A DNA stretch of 64,000 nt, from NCBI GenBank assembly GCA_965213705.1, contig OZ243913.1:2240001-2304000 (forward strand). The letters run 5' to 3'. Positions 1 through 9,788 of the stretch are shown here, in pieces. The stretch's first letter is position 1, and every line of letters begins with the position of its first letter. Under the pieces are notes generated by a model. That model did no database searches. It had not been told where the DNA came from and saw nothing but the letters and a program-made list of their open reading frames with translations. Position numbers and translations under genes: made by a program. The DNA comes from Trueperaceae bacterium (GTDB taxonomy: Bacteria > Deinococcota > Deinococci > Deinococcales > Trueperaceae).

Positions 1-1222
1 AACCTTCATCTACTTTGACGTAACCGTTTCGAGTCTCGAGCCCGAACGCTTCATAAAGCGGCGTCAGCTTTTCCTGCCCGATGGCCTTGATAACCTGGTC
101 GCACTCGAGGACGAACTCGCTGCCCGGCACCGGGATGGGTTGCCGCCGTCCGTCGTCGCCGGGGGAACTCAGCTCCATCCGCAGACATTTCAGGCCCATC
201 ACTTTGCCGCCCGTTCCGACGATTTCGACCGGCTGCGTCAAGAAGCGGAACTCGACGCCCTCGTTTTTGATGAACGAATATTCAAAATCGTAGGCGGGCA
301 TCTCTCGGTCGCTGCGCCGGTACACAATCGTGACGCGCGCGCCGAGCCGCTTGGCAATCGTCGCCGCGTCGATGGCCGTGTTGCCCGCGCCGATGACGAC
401 GACGTGTTTGCCGATGGGCAGGTCTTTCAGGCGCTCCAAGCCTTCTTTTTCGGCCAACTTCGTCGCCGCGATAAACGACAGGGCTTCGGTGACGCCGAGC
501 AAGTCCTCACCGGGCACGCGCAGGTCGGGCACCGCACCCATGCCCGCGCTCACGAACACGGCGTCGTAGCCGTTCAGCAGGGCGTCGGCGGATAAGTCCA
601 CGCCGACCTGGAGGTTTGTCTTGATGTCCACGCCGAGCTTTTTGACGAACTCGACCTCTTCCAAAGCGACCCGCACGGGCTCGCGCATCACCACGATTCC
701 GTAAGTGGACAAACCGCCCGGCAGGTCGTTTTTCTCAAAGACGGTCACTTCGAAGCCGAGCTTGGCGAGTTCGCCCGCGCAGGTCAGCCCCGCCGGACCC
801 GCCCCGACGACGGCGACTTTGTAACCGTTTTTTTCGGCAGGCGTAAACGGCATGATGTCGCGGCCGTAGATGTGGTCGGTCGCGTAGCGCTGCAAGCGGC
901 CGATTTCGATGGGTTTGCGGTTTTCTTCGTTCAGCACGCACGCGCCCTCGCAGAGTTCTTCGACCGGACACACTCTCGCGCAGGTCGCGCCCATGAGGTT
1001 GGCACTCAGAATCGTCACGCCCGCGCCGGTCACGTTGTCGGTCGAAATCTTGCGGATGAAGGTTGGCACGTCGATGTGGGTGGGGCAAGCCTTGATGCAG
1101 GGCGCGTCGAAGCAGTACAGGCAGCGGTTCGCCTCGACTCGAGCCTCGTTTTTCGACATCGGCGGCGCGAGTTCGGTAAAGCGTTCGCGGAGTTCGTCCA
1201 GGGGTAAATCGGTCGGGGTCAT
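1..1222 (-). CDS. NAD(P)-dependent Fe-S flavoprotein oxidoreductase, dihydropyrimidine dehydrogenase PreT / GltD-like (3' end outside window)
   Basis: Not in the ORF track (runs off the edge). Manual translation from ATG 1222: MTPTDLPLDELRERF..EANRCLYCFDAPCIKACPTHIDVP..CARVCPVEELCEGAC..VAVVGAGPAGL; AAGGA RBS upstream. Confidence 0.85.
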   Translation of the reverse strand, partial: MTPTDLPLDELRERFTELAPPMSKNEARVEANRCLYCFDAPCIKACPTHIDVPTFIRKISTDNVTGAGVTILSANLMGATCARVCPVEELCEGACVLNEENRKPIEIGRLQRYATDHIYGRDIMPFTPAEKNGYKVAVVGAGPAGLTCAGELAKLGFEVTVFEKNDLPGGLSTYGIVVMREPVRVALEEVEFVKKLGVDIKTNLQVGVDLSADALLNGYDAVFVSAGMGAVPDLRVPGEDLLGVTEALSFIAATKLAEKEGLERLKDLPIGKHVVVIGAGNTAIDAATIAKRLGARVTIVYRRSDREMPAYDFEYSFIKNEGVEFRFLTQPVEIVGTGGKVMGLKCLRMELSSPGDDGRRQPIPVPGSEFVLECDQVIKAIGQEKLTPLYEAFGLETRNGYVKVDEG

Positions 1223-1342
1223 AAGTTCCTTTAGGTCGCCGCTGAGATGGTTTGACGCCGTTCTCACTCTCGAGATGTCGCTCTGTACGGGTTCGCGGCG
1301 GTCTGGTCGGGAGCGGTCGGCTGAGCTTTTTTCGTAAAAACA

Positions 1343-1378
1343 AGTATACGTTCGGTTGCCGACCCTGTAAAGGCAACC
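1343..1378 (-). promoter_or_regulatory. sigma70-type promoter (TTTACA-17-TATACT) for the preT-like gene, with an inverted repeat GGTTGCC-N11-GGCAACC over the -35
   Basis: Plus-strand TGTAAA 1366-1371 and AGTATA 1343-1348, 17-bp spacer; IR arms 1354-1360 and 1372-1378. Confidence 0.55.
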
Positions 1379-1389
1379 TGAAACTCACG

Positions 1390-1433
1390 CGGCCCTTGAA
1401 GCGTTTCTCGAGCGAGAAACGCTTCAAGGGCCG
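1390..1433. repeat. Perfect 21-bp-arm inverted repeat (2-nt spacer)
   Basis: CGGCCCTTGAAGCGTTTCTCG-AG-CGAGAAACGCTTCAAGGGCCG. Confidence 0.9.
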
Positions 1434-1544
1434 GATAGGGGAGAGCCGCGACGCCCCCGGACAAACCCAGCGGGGCAGCCACAACCCGACCGACGAACAC
1501 CCGATTTCAACGCCCGCCGAAAACTGGGGCTTGTCCAAAAATCC

Positions 1545-4500
1545 TCAAACCCCGACGTGCGGCGATTTTCCTTTCGCGAGGGCGTCGTTGAAGGCGGCTA
1601 CGTCTGTTGCGACAAGGTCGTCGAAGCGCTCGAGCTGTTCGTCAATCCGCCCTGAAAAGTCCTCAAACGCCTCCCACGCTTGGTCGGTCGGTTTGTAGTT
1701 GCCGGTGCTGACGACTGGAATGAGGTTGGCGAGTTTCGCCAGCAAGCGCACGCCGCTGTTGTTCGTGTCGCCCCAGCCGGGGCGCAGGTCGGGGACGGCA
1801 AGCTGTTTTTCGATGTCCAAGACTTTATCTTTCAAGCTCAAAGCCGCCGCGGCCGTTTCGTCCTCACGTTTAGTCCACGGCTCGAGCTGATTTCGCAGAC
1901 TGCGCATCCGGTTGATGGCGGTGACGGTGTGCTCGAGCTTGTGGTTGATTTTTTGCCACAACTCGAACTGGGCCGCCAGGTCGTGCTCGGCGACCTCACC
2001 CGCCATCGGGTCGGGGACGACGTTGAACGTCTCGCTGAGTTCGTTGCCGTTTACTCTCAGAGTCACCGTGTAACGGCCCGGCGCGACGAGCGGGCCGGGG
2101 ATGAGCGTGTCGGCGGCGAGGTCGCTCCCTTCCAACTTACTTATCTTGGGGTAGCGCATGTCCCAAACGAAGCGGTTCCAACCTTGCCGCGCCGGAATAC
2201 CGACTTCTAAATGCTTGTCGGTTTTGATTTTTTCGCGGTCCTCGTCACCGAAGCTTACGAACTCGCGCACGGTGTCGCCGTTCTCATTTGTAACCTTGAG
2301 GCTGATTTTCTCCTGCGGCTCTTTGAGGTAGTAGGTAAAAATCGCCCCTTTGGGCGGGTTGTCGCCCGAGTCGAGGTAGGTGGCGACGAGGCCGCCTTCG
2401 GGAATCTTGTCCTCGGTAAACGCGGCGACGACGCCAAGCGAGCCCATGTAGTTCTTGCCGGGCGCGCCCTTGAACGCGCCTTCGAAAATCGTCGGCAGGA
2501 TGCGGGCGCTGTCCCTGGGTTTGAAGAGGTGGGCGTCTTGCTCTAAAAGGCTGTCTTTGTACTGATAAAGCGGCGTCAGGTCGTCGAGAATCCAGAACGA
2601 GCGCCCGTGCGTCGCCACGACGAGGTCTGCGTCTTTGACTTTGAAATCGTACACGGGTGTGACCGGCAAGTTGAGTTGAAAACGCTGCCAGTTTTCGCCG
2701 CCGTCGAAGGACAGGTACAGGCCCGTTTCCGTGCCGACGTAGAGCAAACCTTCCCGGTTCGGGTCTTCGCGAATCGCGCGGGTAAAGTCCGTCCGGGGGA
2801 TGCCTGTGTCGATGCGCTGCCAGCTCTCGCCGTAGTCGGTCGTTTTGAACAGGTACGGCGTGTAGTCGTCAAGCTTGTACTTCGTCGCGGCCAAATAAAC
2901 GGTCGCCGGACTGTGAGGGGAGGTCTCGAGCATACTCACGAGCGACCACTCGGGCAGGTCTTTGGGGGTGACGTCGTCCCACGTTTCGCCCCCGTCGCGG
3001 CTCAGGTGAACGAGCCCGTCGTCGCTGCCCGCCCAGAGCACGCCCGCTTCATGTGGCGATTCGGCGAGGGCGAAGACGGTCGCGTAGGTCTCCGCGCCGA
3101 CCGCGTCCTTGTTGACCGGCCCGCCCGTGGCTTGCAGCTTGTCCGGGTCGGCCCGTGTCAGGTCGGGGCTAACCATGTCCCAGTTCTGGCCCTCGTTGCT
3201 GCTCTTGAACACGTGGTTGCCGCCGATGTAAACGGTGTTAGGCGCGTGTTTGGAGTAAAAAATCGGATACGTCCAGCCGAAGCGGTACTTGTGTTCCCCC
3301 GCGCCGTAGCCGGTCATGGTTTCGGGCCAGGTGGTGACGAGGCGGATTTGCTTCGTGCGGTGGTCGTAGCGTTGGAGCGAGTTGCCGCCGCCCGGCGAAC
3401 TGCCGACCGCGCCGACGAAAACGATGCTCGGGTCGTCGGGCTTCGCGGCGATGTAACCGCTCTCGCCCGTCCCGGCGATGTAGCAGTCCTGCCAGGTAAT
3501 CGACTGGCCCGGACTGCGGCTCGGCACGCTGACGCTGCTGTTGTCCTGCTGCGTACCAAGGACGCGGTAAGGCTTTTGGGTGTCCACGTCGAGGTGGTAG
3601 AACTGCGCGGTCGGCTGGTTGTACAGCGTCGTCCAACTGTCGCCGCCGTTGAACGACACACACGCGCCGCCGTCGTTGCCCTGCACCATGCGCCGCGGGT
3701 TTTTGGGGTCAATCCACAGGTCGTGGTTGTCGCCGTGGGGCGTGCCGATTTCCGTAAAGGTGCGGCCCCCGTCGGTCGACTTCCAAAAGTCTAAGTTGTT
3801 GACATAAACCGTGTCCGCGTCTTGCGGGTCGGCGGTGAGGTGCATGTAGTACCAGGCTCGAGAGATAAGCCGTTGGTCGTCGCTGACGTACTCCCAGGTC
3901 TCGCCGTAGTCGTCCGAACGGTACAGCCCACCCTTGTCGCGGTGCTCGACGAGCGCCCACACCCGGCCACTTTTGGCAGGCGAGGCCGCCACGCCCATCT
4001 TGCCGAGGATGCCTTTGGGCAGACCGGGCGCGCGGGTGAGTTCGGTCCAGGTCTCGCCGCCGTCGACCGACTTGTAGAGGCTGCTGTCTTCGCCGCCGCT
4101 CGAGATTTGCCAAAAGTTGCGGTACGCCTCCCAAATCGTTGCGTAAAGAATGCGCGGGTTTTGGATGTCGATGCTCAGGTCGACCGCGCCCGCTTTGTCG
4201 CTGCGGTAAAGAACCTGTTTCCAGGTCTCGCCGCCGTCGGTCGACTTATAAACGCCGCGTTCACGGTTCGGGCCGAAGGCGTGGCCGAGCGCCGCCACGT
4301 ACACCGTGTCGGGGTCGTGCGGGTGAATCCGAACCTTGCCGATAAAGCGGGTGTCTTCCAGCCCCAGGTGCCGCCAGGTTCTACCCGCGTCGGTGGACTT
4401 GTAAACGCCGTCGCCGTGCGACACGTCGATGCGAATCGTCGTCTCGCCCATGCCCGCGTAAATGACGTTCGGGTCGCTTTCCGACACGGCGAGCGCGCCG

Positions 4501-4700
4501 ACCGCGGCGGTGTTGAAAAAGCCGTCCGAGACGTTTTCCCAGTAAATCCCGGCGTCAACTGTTTTCCAGACGCCGCCCGCGCAGGCTCCAAAGTAAAAGG
4601 TGCTCATGTCTCTCACATCACCCGCCACAGCGACGACGCGCCCGCCGCGGAACGGGCCGATGCAGCGCCACTTCAAAAGACCGTCGAAAGTTTCAGGCAT
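1545..4700 (-). CDS. VPS10/sortilin-like BNR (Asp-box) repeat beta-propeller protein, putative glycosyl hydrolase, 1051 aa
   Basis: WRCIGPFRGGRV N-terminus, many S/TxDGGxTW Asp-boxes, ATHGRSFWILDD motif, helical C-terminus. Confidence 0.85.
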   Translation of the reverse strand: MPETFDGLLKWRCIGPFRGGRVVAVAGDVRDMSTFYFGACAGGVWKTVDAGIYWENVSDGFFNTAAVGALAVSESDPNVIYAGMGETTIRIDVSHGDGVYKSTDAGRTWRHLGLEDTRFIGKVRIHPHDPDTVYVAALGHAFGPNRERGVYKSTDGGETWKQVLYRSDKAGAVDLSIDIQNPRILYATIWEAYRNFWQISSGGEDSSLYKSVDGGETWTELTRAPGLPKGILGKMGVAASPAKSGRVWALVEHRDKGGLYRSDDYGETWEYVSDDQRLISRAWYYMHLTADPQDADTVYVNNLDFWKSTDGGRTFTEIGTPHGDNHDLWIDPKNPRRMVQGNDGGACVSFNGGDSWTTLYNQPTAQFYHLDVDTQKPYRVLGTQQDNSSVSVPSRSPGQSITWQDCYIAGTGESGYIAAKPDDPSIVFVGAVGSSPGGGNSLQRYDHRTKQIRLVTTWPETMTGYGAGEHKYRFGWTYPIFYSKHAPNTVYIGGNHVFKSSNEGQNWDMVSPDLTRADPDKLQATGGPVNKDAVGAETYATVFALAESPHEAGVLWAGSDDGLVHLSRDGGETWDDVTPKDLPEWSLVSMLETSPHSPATVYLAATKYKLDDYTPYLFKTTDYGESWQRIDTGIPRTDFTRAIREDPNREGLLYVGTETGLYLSFDGGENWQRFQLNLPVTPVYDFKVKDADLVVATHGRSFWILDDLTPLYQYKDSLLEQDAHLFKPRDSARILPTIFEGAFKGAPGKNYMGSLGVVAAFTEDKIPEGGLVATYLDSGDNPPKGAIFTYYLKEPQEKISLKVTNENGDTVREFVSFGDEDREKIKTDKHLEVGIPARQGWNRFVWDMRYPKISKLEGSDLAADTLIPGPLVAPGRYTVTLRVNGNELSETFNVVPDPMAGEVAEHDLAAQFELWQKINHKLEHTVTAINRMRSLRNQLEPWTKREDETAAAALSLKDKVLDIEKQLAVPDLRPGWGDTNNSGVRLLAKLANLIPVVSTGNYKPTDQAWEAFEDFSGRIDEQLERFDDLVATDVAAFNDALAKGKSPHVGV

Positions 4701-4975
4701 GGTTTTCCCTTCGGCTCGAGCTTCGGTCCGCCTTGCCCCACCGAGTTGCCGGACCTGGTTGCTGAATACTACCTCAAAATGTAGCAGACTGGCCTCGGAG
4801 CTTCGGTCGGCTCGAGTTCGCCTTGACCCACCGGGTTTGTTCCGGTGCGTCGGGTGGCTGCCTCCGGCACCCGCTCCAAAGCCTCGTCTTCTACCTCAAG
4901 GCCTTCTGCTTTGGGTTCTTCCGCGACGCGAGCGAGATGCACGCTGTCGGGTTGAAACTATGAAATACTAATGAG

Positions 4976-7300
4976 ATGACCGACAAACCCGACCTAAAAC
5001 CTACCGGCGAACCTGGACCGGGGGACAAGCACGTTGCGCCCGTATCGGCGGGCGGGCTCGAGGCCGAAGCGCCGAAGGACGTTCAGCAGCAGGTCGAAGA
5101 ACACGAAGCGGAACGCTCGCAGAAGTTTGGCACCTTCGGCGGCGTGTTCACGCCGACGCTGCTCACCATCCTCGGCGTCATTATGTACCTGCGCGAAGGC
5201 TGGGTCGTGGGCAACGCCGGCTTAGGCGGGGCGCTGCTCATCATCTTGCTGTCGTTCGCCATCACCGGCGCGACGGGCTTGTCGATGGCGACGTTTGTAA
5301 CCAACATCCGCGTCGGTCCGGGCGGCGCGTTCTCGATGATCGCGCAGTCGCTGGGCTTGGAAGCGGGCGGCGCGATTGGCGCGCCGCTGTACGTCGCGCA
5401 GGCCCTCGCCGTGGTGATGTACATTTTCGGCTTCCGCGAGGGTTACTTGTGGGCCGCGGACGCCTGGGGGATTCCGGCGCTGTCACCGCTCGCTATCGAC
5501 CTGCTCATCTTCGCGGTGATTTTCGGTATCACGATGGTCAGTACGGGCCTGGCCTTCAAAATTCAGTACGTGATTTTAGCTATCATCATCGTCTCGCTCG
5601 TTTCGGTCGGCATCACCGCGTTTACGAATCCGCTCGACAACCCTATCGTGTGGTGGGGCGACTTTCGCGGCAGCCCGGAAAGCGGCTTTTCCGGCGTGAG
5701 CTTTTGGGCCGTCTTTGCGGTGTACTTTCCCGCGGCGACCGGAATTATGGCTGGTGCCAACCTGTCAGGCGACCTCAAGGACCCGCGTAAGTCGATTCCC
5801 ATCGGCACCCTGAGCGCTATCGCACTCAGCCTCGTCGTCTACCTGGCGCTGGCCTACTGGCTGATGCGGGCGGCGACGGTGGACGAGTTAACCCAGAACT
5901 ACACTATCATGATTGACCGCGCCTTTTGGGGGCCGGCCGTCCTCGGCGGTCTGCTGGCCGCGACCTTTTCCTCGGCGCTGGCGTCGTTCGTCGGGGCACC
6001 CCGGATTCTCGAGGCCCTGGGCAGTCACAGCATTGCGCCCGCGTCGGCCTGGCTCGCAAGGCGCACCCGCAAGGGCGAGCCGCGCAACGCGACCTTCGTC
6101 ACCGCAATCATCGTCTTAGCAGCCATCATGCTCCGCGACTTGAACGCCATCGCGCCGCTGGTAGCGATGATTTTTCTCCTCACCTACGCGACCATCAACC
6201 TCGTCGTGGCGACCGAGCAAAGTTTGCGGCTGATAAGCTTCCGCCCGCTGCTGCGCGTGCCGAAGGTGGTACCGCTGCTCGGCCTGGCGGGCTGTTTGTT
6301 TGCGATGTTCATCATCAATCCTACCTTCAGCCTCATCGCGGTGGGCGTGGTGGTGGCGCTTTATTACCTGCTGATGAAGCGGCGCTTGACGGCCCCCGGC
6401 GGCGACGTGCGCAGCGGCCTGTTTACCGCGCTGGCCGAATGGGGTGCCAAGCAGGTCAAGCTGTCCCAGGGCACCACCGAACGGGCCTGGAAGCCCAACC
6501 TCCTGCTGCCGGTGGAAGACCCGCAACGGTTGCGGGGGTCGTTCGAGCTGGTCGAGCAACTGGCGTATCCGATGGGCTCTGTTAAGCTGCTCGGCATCGC
6601 GCCCGCCGCCCGCATCGACGACCTTCAAAAACGTCTGCTGGACGCGCAACAAGCGTTTACGGACGCAGGGGTTTTCACCTCCTCGAGCGTGATGGAAACC
6701 GACCGCTTCCCCGACGACGTGCGCGTCGGGATGCAGGCGCTGGCGGGTTCGTTTTTCCGGCCTAATTTACTTTTCCTCGAGCTTCCCAAAGGCACAGAAA
6801 CCCACGAATCGCTGCAGCGCGTGATTCGTGAAGCGAAGCGTCAGCGCATGGGCGTCGCGCTGTTCGTGCAGCACGAAACGTCCGGCTTGGGACGGCGCAA
6901 GCGCATCAACCTGTGGATTCCCGACCAGGGCCCCGACTGGACGCTGGAGATGGAGTTCAAAGACCTCGACCTAGCCATCCTGCTGGCCTACCGGATGCTG
7001 GACAGCTGGGACGGTGCGAAGCTCACCGTCATCGCGGCGGTCGAAAAAGAAGCCGACAAAGACAAAGCCACGACGTTTCTCGCCCGCTTGACAGACCTCG
7101 CCCGGCTGCCGGCCGACACGGCGGCGCACATTGCCGACGGCAACTTCGGTCGGTACGCCAGCAGCGCCCCCGAAGCCGACCTGAACGTGTTTCCCCTGCC
7201 GGCGGACCTCGACGCGGACTTTTTGTGGAGTCTTCGCGACGCCACGGGCTCGTCGTGTCTGTTCACGCAGGACAGCGGCGACGAGAGCGCGCTGGCCTAG
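4976..7300 (+). CDS. Cation-chloride cotransporter (SLC12/CCC)-like APC permease with C-terminal cytoplasmic domain
   Basis: KFGTFGGVFTPTLLTILGVIMYLR, FAVYFPAATGIMAGANLSGDLKDP, ~12 TM segments, WKPNLL-starting soluble domain. Confidence 0.85.
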   Translation: MTDKPDLKPTGEPGPGDKHVAPVSAGGLEAEAPKDVQQQVEEHEAERSQKFGTFGGVFTPTLLTILGVIMYLREGWVVGNAGLGGALLIILLSFAITGATGLSMATFVTNIRVGPGGAFSMIAQSLGLEAGGAIGAPLYVAQALAVVMYIFGFREGYLWAADAWGIPALSPLAIDLLIFAVIFGITMVSTGLAFKIQYVILAIIIVSLVSVGITAFTNPLDNPIVWWGDFRGSPESGFSGVSFWAVFAVYFPAATGIMAGANLSGDLKDPRKSIPIGTLSAIALSLVVYLALAYWLMRAATVDELTQNYTIMIDRAFWGPAVLGGLLAATFSSALASFVGAPRILEALGSHSIAPASAWLARRTRKGEPRNATFVTAIIVLAAIMLRDLNAIAPLVAMIFLLTYATINLVVATEQSLRLISFRPLLRVPKVVPLLGLAGCLFAMFIINPTFSLIAVGVVVALYYLLMKRRLTAPGGDVRSGLFTALAEWGAKQVKLSQGTTERAWKPNLLLPVEDPQRLRGSFELVEQLAYPMGSVKLLGIAPAARIDDLQKRLLDAQQAFTDAGVFTSSSVMETDRFPDDVRVGMQALAGSFFRPNLLFLELPKGTETHESLQRVIREAKRQRMGVALFVQHETSGLGRRKRINLWIPDQGPDWTLEMEFKDLDLAILLAYRMLDSWDGAKLTVIAAVEKEADKDKATTFLARLTDLARLPADTAAHIADGNFGRYASSAPEADLNVFPLPADLDADFLWSLRDATGSSCLFTQDSGDESALA

Positions 7301-7325
7301 CACCGGCTGGGAGGCTCAGACTGCT

Positions 7326-7589
7326 CTACACCGGACCGCTTGCTACTTTACGCACCAAAGCCGCTTTGCCGAAGCGCCGGTCGCCGAAAAGGTGCTCGAG
7401 CTGCCGCTGTAACATCAGCCGGTTGCGCAGACCCGTGAGCGGGTCGAACAGGCCCCGCGTCGAAAGGTTGGTCAGCGAGCCCGCCATGCGTTCCGGCCCG
7501 CCGTCGGCGTTGCATATGGTCAAGAGTGTCACCACGAGTCCGGCCAGGACCACGCCGACCGCCATACCGATGCGAAACCGCAAACTCAC
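7326..7589 (-). pseudogene. Remnant of a membrane-anchored diguanylate cyclase (TM + start of GGDEF domain)
   Basis: Hydrophobic N-terminus followed by DPLTGLRNR (typical GGDEF-domain start), then stop with no GGDEF motif. Confidence 0.5.
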
Positions 7590-7800
7590 GTTCGCCCCGC
7601 TCGGCTGAAGCGTTTGGACTCGAGTGCCGTACCGTCACGGGTTCAGGGTAGCGGCTCGAGTTTTACAAAAGTCTTATGCGCGCTTGTTTTTGCATGGCCG
7701 TCTCGACCTGAGCAGAATCGCTCGCCGCTGCCGGACGAGGTTTGACCGGAACCGCCCGACTGCCTCTCCCGGCTGCACCCTCCCGCCCGTGCCCCGCCGA

Positions 7801-8604
7801 CTACGCCCCGCGGGAGGTCAGGGTGCGCAGGTGTTGGGCGCTTTTTTCCACGCTGGCCGCGCCGCCGGAAACTTCTAAGCAAATTGTGCCGGTAAAAGCG
7901 CTCAAATAGCCGCAGTGTCTCTCAAAAGCGATAACGCCGTCGGGTGTGGCGCAGTGCGAGTCGCTGCGCCCGTCGTTGTTGCACAGGTGCAGGTGGGTGA
8001 CCCGCTCGCCCAAAATGTGTTGATAAGCGCTGATGAGGTCGCCCCGGTCGCTTTCAGCGCAGGCGCGCGCGCCCTCGAGGTGAGCGTGGGCGAAGTCGAG
8101 GCAAGCCCCGAGGTTGGCGCGTTCACACAGGTCGCGCAGCATCTCGGGCGTACGGACGAGCCCGTCGGGATAAAGCCCCAAGTTTTCCAGGACGACGGGG
8201 ACGGGTCCGGCGGGAAGCTGACACAGAGTCTCTAAAAGGGCCGCGACCGCGTCGGTGCGGGGTCGCGGCTGGTACACGAATACGCTGCCGGTATGCAACA
8301 CGCCGCAACGGCTGCCGACGGTTGCGCCGTACTCGAGGGCGCGGCAGGTCTCTTCGACCGCCGTGCGCCGCACCGCGGGGTTGAGCGAAGCCGGGTTCAG
8401 GTCGATAAAGGGCAGGTGGAGGGTCGTCGCCACGCCCGTCGCGCGGGTCAGCTCGGCAACGCGGCGGGCGGGTTGCGCTTCGGGCAAAAAGCCGCAGACG
8501 TCGTAACTCAGTTCTACAAAGTCCAGGGAAAGCCGTTCGGCGAGCCGGAAGGCTTCGTCTAAGTCGTACACACCTGCGGTCATCGAACTGTAGCCTAGCT
8601 GCAC
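7801..8604 (-). CDS. Sugar phosphate isomerase/epimerase family (xylose isomerase-like TIM barrel)
   Basis: LHLPFIDLN, VVLEN, CLDFAHA, HLHLCNNDG, ICLEV metal-binding pattern. Confidence 0.8.
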   Translation of the reverse strand: MQLGYSSMTAGVYDLDEAFRLAERLSLDFVELSYDVCGFLPEAQPARRVAELTRATGVATTLHLPFIDLNPASLNPAVRRTAVEETCRALEYGATVGSRCGVLHTGSVFVYQPRPRTDAVAALLETLCQLPAGPVPVVLENLGLYPDGLVRTPEMLRDLCERANLGACLDFAHAHLEGARACAESDRGDLISAYQHILGERVTHLHLCNNDGRSDSHCATPDGVIAFERHCGYLSAFTGTICLEVSGGAASVEKSAQHLRTLTSRGA

Positions 8605-8785
8605 AGGTCACCCTCGCCTCGCGTCGCCCCGCCTTTACTATAGGCGTCGGGGGCGCGCCGCGGCTGTGACGGTTGCGGACGTGACCCGTTCAAAACGGGT
8701 CTCACAAACGGGTTTTACAAACGCCTTTGAAAGACGAGCGAGGCCGCAACCCCCAAACAGGCTGGGGTCGGGTAGGCTGTAGAAC

Positions 8786-9742
8786 GTGGTCGAACGTCAC
8801 GTGTTTCCGAACGGCGTCACCGGCTACCGGCTGGGCCGGGGCGAACACCCGCGCATGAGCGTGTGGTGTTACCGCGTCGGCGCCACGCTGTTGGACACGG
8901 GCGCGGGAAGCGTGCTCGAGTCCTTTTTACCCGTCCTGTTGGCGGACGGCCCGGTGCGGCACGTTTACGTGACCCATCATCATGAAGACCACAGCGGCGG
9001 TGCGGCGCGCGTCCGGGCGCTGACCGGCGCGAGCGTGACGGTTTCCGAGTTCGCTGCGCCGCTGCTGCGCCGCGGTTTCCGGCAGTACCCTTACCAGCGA
9101 CTCTACTGGGGCCGCTTTACGCGGTTCGAGGCGGACAGCGTCGTCGCGCTGCCGCCGCTCGGCAGCGCGACGTGGTCGACGCCCGACGGCGACTTCACGC
9201 TGCTGCACGCGCCCGGTCACAGCCACGACATGACGGTCGTGTGGGACGCGGCGCGCGGGGCGCTGTTTGCAGCCGACTTGTACCTGGCCGCGCGGCTCAA
9301 GCTCATGCGACGCGACGAGGTGTGGGCGGCGCTACAGGCCTCGCTAAAACGCGTCTTGAAGCGCACCGAGTTCGAACACCTCTACTGCGCTCACCGCCCG
9401 GTACCGACCGGCGGAAGGAGCGCCTTGGTCAAAAAACTGGCCTGGATGAACACGAGCCGCGAGCGTTTGGCGGCTGAACTCGCCGCCGGGACGCCGCGAG
9501 CCGAGCTTGCCGAAAAGGTCTTCGGACCCTCGAACCGCGCCTTTGAGCGCGCCAGCTTAGGCAACGTCAGCAGGCGCAACATGCTGGCGTCGCTGCAAGG
9601 CGACCTTCGCCCCCGCCCGGACGTGGCGCGCGCGGTCGGACCCGCGTGGGCGCGCTGTGACTTCGGACCCGACTTCAGTGCTGAGTCCGGTACCGAAAGT
9701 GGCCCCGAAGAGGTCACGAGCGACGTCCCAAACGGGTCCTGA
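8786..9742 (+). CDS. MBL-fold metallo-hydrolase
   Basis: LLDTG, THHHEDHSGG, HAPGHS, AADL, CAH motifs; TAGGCT -10 just before GTG. Confidence 0.85.
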   Translation: MVERHVFPNGVTGYRLGRGEHPRMSVWCYRVGATLLDTGAGSVLESFLPVLLADGPVRHVYVTHHHEDHSGGAARVRALTGASVTVSEFAAPLLRRGFRQYPYQRLYWGRFTRFEADSVVALPPLGSATWSTPDGDFTLLHAPGHSHDMTVVWDAARGALFAADLYLAARLKLMRRDEVWAALQASLKRVLKRTEFEHLYCAHRPVPTGGRSALVKKLAWMNTSRERLAAELAAGTPRAELAEKVFGPSNRAFERASLGNVSRRNMLASLQGDLRPRPDVARAVGPAWARCDFGPDFSAESGTESGPEEVTSDVPNGS

Positions 9743-9788
9743 GAAGCCTACCGTTGAGACGTCGGCTTGACCGGCGCGCAGGCACCCC

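Noticed and set aside
2607..3794. Long antisense/alternative-frame ORFs (also 12256-13548, 31334-32695, 42517-43278, 62726-63919 and many others)
   Set aside because: They shadow well-supported genes, lack motifs and are expected in GC-rich DNA.
4711..4900. Imperfect direct repeat in the divergent intergenic region
   Set aside because: Only short patchy matches (GAGCTTCGGTC, CGCCTTG.CCCACCG, CTACCTCAA); no unit or function can be defined.
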